A stretch of DNA of 64,000 nucleotides from Piromyces finnis finn (Eukaryota; Fungi; Neocallimastigomycota): the NCBI GenBank assembly GCA_002104945.1, contig MCFH01000031.1, positions 248,001-312,000 of the forward strand, written 5' to 3'. Shown here piece after piece: positions 12,490 through 20,582 of the stretch (positions are counted from its first letter, which is position 1; each line of letters starts with the position of its first letter). Under the pieces are notes generated by a model. It did no database searches, had not been told where the DNA came from, and saw only the letters and a list, made by a program, of their open reading frames with translations. The position numbers and the translations under genes were made by a program.

Positions 12490-15400
12490 GGCATCAAATA
12501 TTTTAAACTTTATTATTAATTTAATTAAAATTATAATACATGAAATATAAAAATTAAAATAAAATAAAAATAAAAAAAATATGTTTATATAAACACAAAT
12601 GAATAAAAATTGGGTATAATGTATTCTAGTAATTTTAATTAAAGTAAGAAAGCCACTATCATACTAAAGTATAATAATTGTATTTGACTTCCAATGGGAC
12701 ACCGAGCCAAAGATCAAAATTTTGTCATGGAACAAAATTATGATCTCCATTGGTTGCGCTGGCCCTCCTGGCCTGTCTTACTGTTTCTTCAGCATTGACG
12801 TTCTTGGATGTTGCTTCAAACCTTTTGAACATTGACCATTGCTGGCCAATAGCAAAAGGCATGATTTTGGTTAGAAGTTCCGCGGTTACCGTCAAGAATG
12901 GTGCTCCTTCATTAGTACCAGATTGAATCTGACGCTTACAAAGTTCTTTCCATTCCCTTGAATTGTAATTAATATTGTTAAAACTTCTTCCCCCAAGAAG
13001 GAATTTAAATATTTTACTGCACACACTAGAATAATCATACACATTAATATTCACCGGATTATTAGAACTATTACTATCATTAACTAAATTACTATCTAAA
13101 TTAGAATTATTATCTTCACTATTGCTATCATTACTAATATTATTATTTCTATTATTGTTATTATTACTATTGTTACTATTACTATTGTTACTATTACTAT
13201 TGTTATTACTACTATTGTTACTATTACTATTAATGTTATTGCTATCTCTACTGATATTATCAATTTCATTATTATTGATAGGACTATTGGAATTACGTTG
13301 ACTGAAAAAATTTAATAGCTGGACTATAGAATCATAATGTTTAATACGGGTATCTCTAAAAGTTGGACAATCTAATAACCAATGTTTAATACTTTGAACA
13401 CCACACTTGCAACATGGACAGTAGTTAGGACAAACTGGATCAACAAATTTAGCAGCTTTGGCAACTCTAGCATCCAACTTGTATCCGTTTCTTGCTTTCA
13501 ATAGCCAGTAGAAGCCATAGGCAAACTCTGGGTACTCATAACATAATTTAATAAAATCTTTAGTTTCAATAAATTTATTATCATCATAATATTGCGCTTT
13601 GATTGAATTCCCTTTGAGATCTTTCCAATAAAAGTTTTTAACTGCTTTAACATCTCCATGCTTCTTTAGTTTTTTATCAAGTGTCCTACTTGATTTGCAC
13701 CACGTGTATTTTCTAAATTTAGGAATGTAATTGACAAGGTGTGAGATAATACAATTTGAGTTTTTCCATTTGTTAAAACATCTAACCTGAGCTAACGCAC
13801 ATTTGGCTGACAATGGAGGAATATTCAAATCTTTTGAGATAGAGTATAAAGATATAAACGATACAGCTTTATGAACTCCGGCAACCCATCGTATTCCTTT
13901 GTTAACATGCTTCTGAGCAATCCTAGACCTAGCTTTGTTGGATCCAAGTAATGGTGCAAAGTATGAAACTCTGCTAATCACTTGTGAGTTAAGTACTAGT
14001 TTTTTGAAAGGAATAGGAATATTAGGATTTCTTAAGAATTTACTGACTGAGAAAAGTCCTTTCAAAACCTTGTTATTAAGAACATTAATTACTGGTTTAA
14101 GGGACAAATTCTTATCAAATGGAACACCAAGATAAGTGTAGCAGTCAGTAGTTGGAATGGGTTGTCCTGCTAAGTAAAATGTTGGATCTCTCTTGTTCTG
14201 ATTTTCTATTGATTCAGGACGAATCACCATCGTTGAACATTTCTGGATACCAAATTCCATTTCATTATACAAGGCCCATTCATTAACTCTTCTAAGCATC
14301 TTTTTTAAGCATCCTCTTGTTGGAGCACAAATAACTATATCATCTGCAAAAAGTCCACCACAGCATCGAGTGTCACCTAAACTGACTCCGAGATCTTCAC
14401 ACTCTTTAAATATATCATTAATAAAGAGATTAAAAAGAATAGGCGAAAGTGGGCAACCTTGACGGACTCCTTTCTTCACATCAAAAGATTTCGAGAATTG
14501 TCCATCTAATTTGACATTAGCCTTAGATGTTAAATATAAATTTTTGATGAATTGTAAACTCTTACCTCGGATTTCTAAACAATCTAATTTATGGAGAATA
14601 TTACCGATTGGGACTGAATCGTATGCTTTCCTGAGATCTAAAAAGGCCAAATATGTCTCTTTATTATCTAATTGACGTCTACGGCATATTTCTTGGATTG
14701 AAATGAAAAGACTGATACTTTCTTCCTTTTTTCGAAAACCAAATTGTTCAGGTCTAATGAAATTATTCTTTAGACCATATTCTGAGATTCTAGTGGTGAC
14801 AATTTTGGAGATCAACTTAATACCATTATTGATAAGTGATATACCTCGATAGTTATCACAATCTGTCAAATCTCCCTTCTTAGGAATAGAAACAATACTG
14901 GATTCATTCCATGAGTTGGGGAAATCTCCATCCCAAATACGGTTAAATAATTTAAGAATAAAATTTAAACCATGAGCATCATTATCTGAAGTAGTATTAC
15001 CAGAAGAATTATTACCTGTAGCATTATTAGAATCATTACTTGATGGAATTAATGCTTTGTAAAATTCAATTGGAATACCATCTGGACCTGATGCTTTATA
15101 ATTTGGAGTAGAGAGGATAGCTGACTTGACTTCATCAATACTAATATCTTGGTTGATATCCCACTCATCAAGCATAGGAAGTGAAAAACGTTTATTCGTT
15201 GGTTCTTCATACCAATGCTCCAAATCAAGACTTACACCACTTGGATCTGATGCAAGGTTTTCGAAATGATCATGCCACACTTCTAGTTGTTCTTCCGTAG
15301 CAACAACTAATTCTCCATTTTTATTTTTAATTGGTTGAGCAATAAAGAAAGAATCTTTTCCAATTTTTGCAGTTTTCTTGATCCATTTCCAGGCCTTCTT

Positions 15401-18084
15401 AGGATTATGACTCTTCATATACTCACATCCTGTTTTAATCCAATGAAGATATTCTTGCTTCCTAAATTCATTACATCTTTTGTGGATGTAATCAATGAGC
15501 TTACGGTAGATTTTAATTCTTTTAATAAATTCATCTATATCATAAATTCTTTCTTTTTTAAATCTCTTATACAACTTCATTTTGATTTTTTGAAGATTAA
15601 AAATTTGTTGTGAAATATGAAATGAAGACTTTATAACATTATTTGCTGAAGTAATACTGAGCTCGTCTGCAATTGAAAAAGCAGTTGAAGTAAACTCTTT
15701 GGAAAGTTCATCTGTAGAAACATTAGGATCGTTGAATTTTGCTGAAAGAATTTGGAATTTATTATGACTAAGAATAGATTCCTTTTCCTCAATACATTTT
15801 AATCTATTCCATTTCAGAATTTTCTTAGGAACATTAAAGTCATTAGAAAAATCTTCCATAGGAATAATTTTACCATTAATAAGAAGTGGCTTATGGTCTG
15901 ATACAGGATAAAAATTATTTATAAATGATCCTGAGTGAATAAGATCTTTCATCTTCGAATTGATAAGAGCATGGTCAATGTCGGAAGATTGATCACCTCG
16001 AGTCCAAGAGATAGTAGACCCTCTAAGCGGAAGAATTTCCCAATCTCCTAATCCATTAGTTGATAACCAGTTGGATAATTTTACTTTAGACATATTAAAA
16101 TCACCAACAAGAATCGATGGATGGGATGAATGAGTTTGTAACCACAAGCGAACTTCTAACTTTGCATGATCAACATAGATGTTGTGATGACTATGAGGCA
16201 TATAAACATTACCAATCGAGCATTTGAATCTATTCCAGAGACTAAAAGTATAAATAGAAATAATATACTTTCCAGAGAAGTTTTCAAGTGAGGCTTGACA
16301 TGAATTATGAAAACCTAAATATAAACCTCTCATTCCCGGAACTGATTCGTCAGCTTTCTTGAAAAAGTGTCTATAGTTTCGCAAAGTAACACGACAAGGA
16401 TAATCTGTATTCGATCCAGAACCATTACCAGTTTCTTGGAAACATAAAAATAATGGTTTGAAAATAGCTGTGAAATAGCTAATACTATCTCTCTTTTCAT
16501 GATTCCACCCATTGGTGTTCCAACTAAGACAAAAAGAAAAGTTATCAGGCTTGTTGGATGAGGAAGAATCGTTGCTATTATTATTATTATCAAGGTCATC
16601 ATTATTAATGGATGATGCATCAGAGGAATAAGTAGAACTATTACTAGATGGCTGTGAAACTGAAGAACTATCAACTATTGAACTGTTATCAGAGTTGATA
16701 GAGCTATTAGAATTAATTGTTGAATGTTGAGATTGAAATTGTGTTTGCTGTAGATCTGGAATATTTTCATGATGGGAAACTTGTTGAAGATCTTGTTGAA
16801 GATCTTGTTGAAGATCGGATTGTTGATGAGATTGTTGAACTGATTGTTGAAATGATTGTTGAATAGAATGTTGATGTTTATTAGAAACTAAAATTTTACG
16901 TTTGAGAGTGGAAAAAGTGTATTTGTGATTCCTTCTACTACGAGCTGAAAAGGAAATTGAGGTAACTGAAAGTTTCTTCTTTAACATGTGTAAGATTTTA
17001 ATACAATCTTTTGATGAACCATGAACCTTGACTAAGAAAAAGTGATCATTGAAAGTTTGAAAATATTTAACACTAATAACTGAATTAAATTTATCTTCTA
17101 GAATAACCTCGAGTTTTTCCCATAGCATATTTACTGACCATGATCGAATACCACGGATAAAGAAGGAGCGAATATCATCTAAGGGGATACCATAAGACCG
17201 GGTACCACGTCTGATATAATTCTTATCTTTAATATAAAGGACTGACATGATAATAAATTCTAATTAAAAAATATTGAATATAAAATAAATACTAATAAAA
17301 ATTACAAATATAACGTATATGGAAAAAAAATCTGTCTCTCTCTCTCTTCTTAAAAGTACTGGATAGTACAAAAATTGTTACGATGCTTTGTTTAAAGTTT
17401 CTTTTTTTTTGAATTCTAGTTGTAAATTTTCTTTAAAAATTCTAGTTTTGGTTTGTTGTTAGTAAATTCGATTCGCTTTTTGACACTAAAATTGTTTGAC
17501 TTTACTTTTCATTAAATATTTAAATTGGTAAAAAATTTGAATCAAGAATGTCGACACCAGAAAGCTTGTGAATAGTATTTTTACATGATGTAGAGTGAAT
17601 CAGTCTCTTACAAGAAACAATACAACAATAGCTACATGAATATAAAAATACAATGCAAATGCTAAAGTTGACTACATTGGATTCTTACAAGAGAAGAGTA
17701 GTACTACATGAATACATGAATAAAAGAAAAAAATACAGCAACAAAATGTATTACTCTTCTAATTAAATACTATACAAACTTACCTGAATATCAAACATTC
17801 AACTTATTCATCAAATACTTAAATTCGATGAATAAAATGTTTTTTAATCGCTCAGTACCATGAGCTTAGTCCTAATAATTTTCCCTTAAAGACTAACCAA
17901 GCATCCATTGCGCAATACTTGGATTTAATTCTTTCTACTCTCTCAGTACCATGAGCATGAGTAGACCCCCTTGAGAAACTACATTTATTAAATAAATGAA
18001 GGCACGTTCCCAAGAGGGTGAGCATGAGTAGACCCCCTTGAGAAACTACATTTATTAAATAAATGAAGGCACGTTCCCAAGAGG
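12454..18084 (-). mobile_element. Full-length non-LTR retrotransposon (LINE) copy A, about 5.6 kb
   Basis: Bounded by the 28-bp TSD. About 836-nt 5' leader, one 1507-aa ORF, about 240-nt 3'UTR, A33 tail. Confidence 0.95.
12725..17248 (-). CDS. LINE polyprotein: N-terminal domain + apurinic-type endonuclease + reverse transcriptase + C-terminal CCHC knuckle
   Basis: APE motifs SWNTNG, FQETG, VGDFN, IDHAL, SDHKP. RT motifs YRGISL, QFGFR, FLDLRKAYDSV, GVRQGCPLSP, LFADD, YTYLGV. Knuckle CPCC...HWLLDC. No stops or frameshifts. Confidence 0.97.
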   Translation of the reverse strand: MSVLYIKDKNYIRRGTRSYGIPLDDIRSFFIRGIRSWSVNMLWEKLEVILEDKFNSVISVKYFQTFNDHFFLVKVHGSSKDCIKILHMLKKKLSVTSISFSARSRRNHKYTFSTLKRKILVSNKHQHSIQQSFQQSVQQSHQQSDLQQDLQQDLQQVSHHENIPDLQQTQFQSQHSTINSNSSINSDNSSIVDSSSVSQPSSNSSTYSSDASSINNDDLDNNNNSNDSSSSNKPDNFSFCLSWNTNGWNHEKRDSISYFTAIFKPLFLCFQETGNGSGSNTDYPCRVTLRNYRHFFKKADESVPGMRGLYLGFHNSCQASLENFSGKYIISIYTFSLWNRFKCSIGNVYMPHSHHNIYVDHAKLEVRLWLQTHSSHPSILVGDFNMSKVKLSNWLSTNGLGDWEILPLRGSTISWTRGDQSSDIDHALINSKMKDLIHSGSFINNFYPVSDHKPLLINGKIIPMEDFSNDFNVPKKILKWNRLKCIEEKESILSHNKFQILSAKFNDPNVSTDELSKEFTSTAFSIADELSITSANNVIKSSFHISQQIFNLQKIKMKLYKRFKKERIYDIDEFIKRIKIYRKLIDYIHKRCNEFRKQEYLHWIKTGCEYMKSHNPKKAWKWIKKTAKIGKDSFFIAQPIKNKNGELVVATEEQLEVWHDHFENLASDPSGVSLDLEHWYEEPTNKRFSLPMLDEWDINQDISIDEVKSAILSTPNYKASGPDGIPIEFYKALIPSSNDSNNATGNNSSGNTTSDNDAHGLNFILKLFNRIWDGDFPNSWNESSIVSIPKKGDLTDCDNYRGISLINNGIKLISKIVTTRISEYGLKNNFIRPEQFGFRKKEESISLFISIQEICRRRQLDNKETYLAFLDLRKAYDSVPIGNILHKLDCLEIRGKSLQFIKNLYLTSKANVKLDGQFSKSFDVKKGVRQGCPLSPILFNLFINDIFKECEDLGVSLGDTRCCGGLFADDIVICAPTRGCLKKMLRRVNEWALYNEMEFGIQKCSTMVIRPESIENQNKRDPTFYLAGQPIPTTDCYTYLGVPFDKNLSLKPVINVLNNKVLKGLFSVSKFLRNPNIPIPFKKLVLNSQVISRVSYFAPLLGSNKARSRIAQKHVNKGIRWVAGVHKAVSFISLYSISKDLNIPPLSAKCALAQVRCFNKWKNSNCIISHLVNYIPKFRKYTWCKSSRTLDKKLKKHGDVKAVKNFYWKDLKGNSIKAQYYDDNKFIETKDFIKLCYEYPEFAYGFYWLLKARNGYKLDARVAKAAKFVDPVCPNYCPCCKCGVQSIKHWLLDCPTFRDTRIKHYDSIVQLLNFFSQRNSNSPINNNEIDNISRDSNNINSNSNNSSNNNSNSNNSNSNNSNNNNNRNNNISNDSNSEDNNSNLDSNLVNDSNSSNNPVNINVYDYSSVCSKIFKFLLGGRSFNNINYNSREWKELCKRQIQSGTNEGAPFLTVTAELLTKIMPFAIGQQWSMFKRFEATSKNVNAEETVRQARRASATNGDHNFVP

Positions 18085-18085
18085 G
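17952..18085. repeat. Two exact tandem 67-bp units at the 5' end of LINE copy A
   Basis: 17952-18018 is identical to 18019-18085 (TGAGCATGAGTAGACCCCCTTGAGAAAC...GGCACGTTCCCAAGAGGG). Confidence 0.95.
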
Positions 18086-18189
18086 TTCTGATTTTCTATT
18101 GATTCAGGACGAATCACCATCGTTGAACATTTCTGGATACCAAATTCCATTTCATTATACAATGCCCATTCATTAACTCTTCTAAGCAT
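18085..18189 (-). mobile_element. Non-LTR retrotransposon copy B, 5' remnant, starting with the right 28-bp TSD
   Basis: Matches copy A 14195-14299 with one substitution, then homology stops (5' truncation point of B). Confidence 0.9.
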
Positions 18190-18510
18190 ATTTTAAGGAA
18201 AAGACATTAAAAAATAATATTATTTATATAATATTATCAAATTTCTTATTATTATTAATAATAAATATTTTATTTTTTATTTTCAAAAAAATAATATTTT
18301 ATTAAATATATATTTTTGCTAAAATCATTTTTCTTTATAATGATAAATATTTTCCCATTTTTATTCAATAGCTTTATTTTTATTCTTTAATTTTTTTTTA
18401 GATAAAACATGTTATATTTATATTTTAAATATTTTAAATATTTTATTATTTTTTTTATTATATTTATTTACATTAATAATAGAAAGTGGTTTTTAATTTT
18501 TTAATTTTTT

Positions 18511-18544
<34 letters not shown>

Positions 18545-18804
18545 ATGGTTAAGTTTTTCTTTTTCTGATACTAAAATATTAAATTTATAATATAAATCAA
18601 ATTATAAAATTTGTGTATTAAAAATTATATATCAAAATTTCTTATTCTAATAGAACTTATTATATAAAATATACTTTATATAAATTAAAAGAACACTAAA
18701 TTATCTATAAAAATATAAGAGTAAATTTTACTTTGAACTTAAAAAAAATCAAAAATTTATAATTTTTTTTTGTTCTGTCAATTTTCTTCATACAATTATG
18801 GTAT

Positions 18805-20280
18805 TCAGGCAGATTCAGATATTTGCTTTTGGTTTGAAATATTAACATCGGCACCAACTTGAATTTGTTGAGAAATTTTCTTTGAAACTTTTGATTTTTG
18901 TCTGAGGTATTCTTTTTTGGATTCACGAACTATGTCAAGATAGTCTTGGAATAAGTATTCTGTATCTTGTGGTCCAGCTTTTGCTTCTGGGTGATATTGA
19001 ACAGAAGCAAATGGTAAAGTTTTGTGGCGAATACCTTCATTAGAACCATCATTAGCATTAACAAAGTACTTTTCCCAACCTTCAACCATATCCTTTTCAC
19101 CATCCTTAATTGCGAATCCATGGTTTTGAGATGTGATAACACATTGATTAGTTAATAAGTTTATAGCTGGTTGGTTGTGACCTCTGTTACCATATGGAAG
19201 TTTATATGTTTCAAATCCAGCAGCAGCACCTAAAAGAAGATTACCCATACAAATACCAAATATTGGAGTTGGAACTGCTTTTGAAGATTCACGAATTAAA
19301 AGTTTTCTAAGGTTCATAACAGTTTCATCACAATAACTTGGATTACCTGGTCCATTAGAAATAAAGATACCATCATAATGAGTGGAATCCTTAGTTACAT
19401 CATGATTCCATGGAACAAGATGTACTTCAGCTCCACGCTTAGCTAAACATCTAATAATATTTTGTTTGGCACCACAATCAATTAATGCAATTTTAACATC
19501 TCCTCCTTTATTATAAATCTTTTTTGATTTTACAGATACTTCTGCTACTAAATTTCTTTTATTTGGATCTTCTAATTCTTTTGCTGGTTTTGCGTCTCCA
19601 ATGATTATCTCTCCTAAGGTAGAACCTTGTTCTCTTAATAAGGTAACAATAGCTCTAGTATCTACACCACTCAAAGCTGGAATATTATTTCTAGCACACC
19701 ATTCACCTAAACTTTCTACAGCATTCCAATGGGAATACTTTTTAGCATAATCAGTAACAATAATACCCTTAACATGAATTTTATCACTTTCAAAATGCTT
19801 AAATAAACCAAATTCATCCTTATCCATAGCTGGAACACCATAATTACCAATTAATGGTTGAGTAAATACAAGAATTTGTCCTCTGTATGATGGGTCACTC
19901 ATTGATTCTGGATAACCAACCAATGAGGTAGTAAAAACTACTTCACCAGAAATACTTTCTTTTAATGGTGCACCAAAAGAGGTAGCTTTAAATGTTTGTC
20001 CAGTTTTAAGTCTAAAGGTAGCTGGTAATTCTGGTGGTTGAATATGATTTTTAAAGAAGGTTGGCTTTTCATTTTTTGGAAGTTGACTAACCTTAGCATT
20101 TTTAACTGATGAATTAAATGAAATTGGGTCAAGTGTTACAGTGGCAAATGGTCTACTGTTTAAATTTTGAGTATTTTCGTTTAAGCTTTTTGGTAATTGA
20201 CTAATAAATCTTCTGCAAATATTTGAAGATGCGTTCTTTAATTGAACAGTAGACTTTAAAAGATTAGCTGATTGAATCAT
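18805..20280 (-). CDS. CPA1: Arginine-specific carbamoyl-phosphate synthase small (glutaminase) subunit with organellar presequence
   Basis: GEVVFTTSLVGYPESMSDPSYRGQIL, FISNGPGNP, FGICMG nucleophile, SQNHGFA, QYHPE triad. Basic, Ser-rich N-terminal extension of about 50 aa. Single exon. Confidence 0.96.
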   Translation of the reverse strand: MIQSANLLKSTVQLKNASSNICRRFISQLPKSLNENTQNLNSRPFATVTLDPISFNSSVKNAKVSQLPKNEKPTFFKNHIQPPELPATFRLKTGQTFKATSFGAPLKESISGEVVFTTSLVGYPESMSDPSYRGQILVFTQPLIGNYGVPAMDKDEFGLFKHFESDKIHVKGIIVTDYAKKYSHWNAVESLGEWCARNNIPALSGVDTRAIVTLLREQGSTLGEIIIGDAKPAKELEDPNKRNLVAEVSVKSKKIYNKGGDVKIALIDCGAKQNIIRCLAKRGAEVHLVPWNHDVTKDSTHYDGIFISNGPGNPSYCDETVMNLRKLLIRESSKAVPTPIFGICMGNLLLGAAAGFETYKLPYGNRGHNQPAINLLTNQCVITSQNHGFAIKDGEKDMVEGWEKYFVNANDGSNEGIRHKTLPFASVQYHPEAKAGPQDTEYLFQDYLDIVRESKKEYLRQKSKVSKKISQQIQVGADVNISNQKQISESA

Positions 20281-20495
20281 TTTGTTTTTATTTTAAACTT
20301 TTTATTATAAAATTAAGTTGTAAGAGTGTTAAAGTAATATAATTTTTATATTTTTTGTTTTTATTGTTATTTTAAATAAAATATTATATTTTTAATAGGT
20401 TTATTTTTATTATTAGAGAATTAATCAAAATCGATAAAGTATTAGTTAAGGCTTTCAACAGTAAACTTTCAACAAGTGGGTTTTATTAAAAAAGT

Positions 20496-20582
20496 TTAAA
20501 AATTTGATAATGATTTCCAGAGTTGAACGCAGAGATAATCACAGGAGACTACAGTAAAAGCGTGAATATATGTGTATAACAT
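20496..20582 (-). CDS. uORF encoding an arginine attenuator peptide (AAP)-like leader, MLYTYIHAFTVVSCDYLCVQLWKSLSNF
   Basis: 28 codons plus TAA, ending 215 nt upstream of the CPA1 ATG on the same strand. DYL-x3-LW[KR]-x-L aligns with the N. crassa AAP core DYLSDHLWRAL. Confidence 0.8.
   Translation of the reverse strand: MLYTYIHAFTVVSCDYLCVQLWKSLSNF

Noticed and set aside
10929-12497. 522-aa ORF starting MMPLKKKKKK
   Set aside because: Chimera: the ATG lies in the 3' end of copy A, the poly-Lys is its poly(A) tail, and the rest is truncated copy B.
17778-17920. U1 snRNA resemblance on the + strand (ACTTACCTG ... ATCCATTGCGC)
   Set aside because: No GAUCA loop I, no Sm site and wrong spacing; better explained as a splice donor on the element strand.
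17952-18085. 67-bp direct repeats as a CRISPR-like array
   Set aside because: Only two units, no spacer, eukaryotic context, and located at a LINE 5' end.
17784-18085. Hammerhead, HDV or twister ribozyme in the LINE leader
   Set aside because: No CUGANGA/GAAA core and no HDV double pseudoknot found by eye; the twister-like TCCCAAG is on the wrong strand and lacks partner elements.
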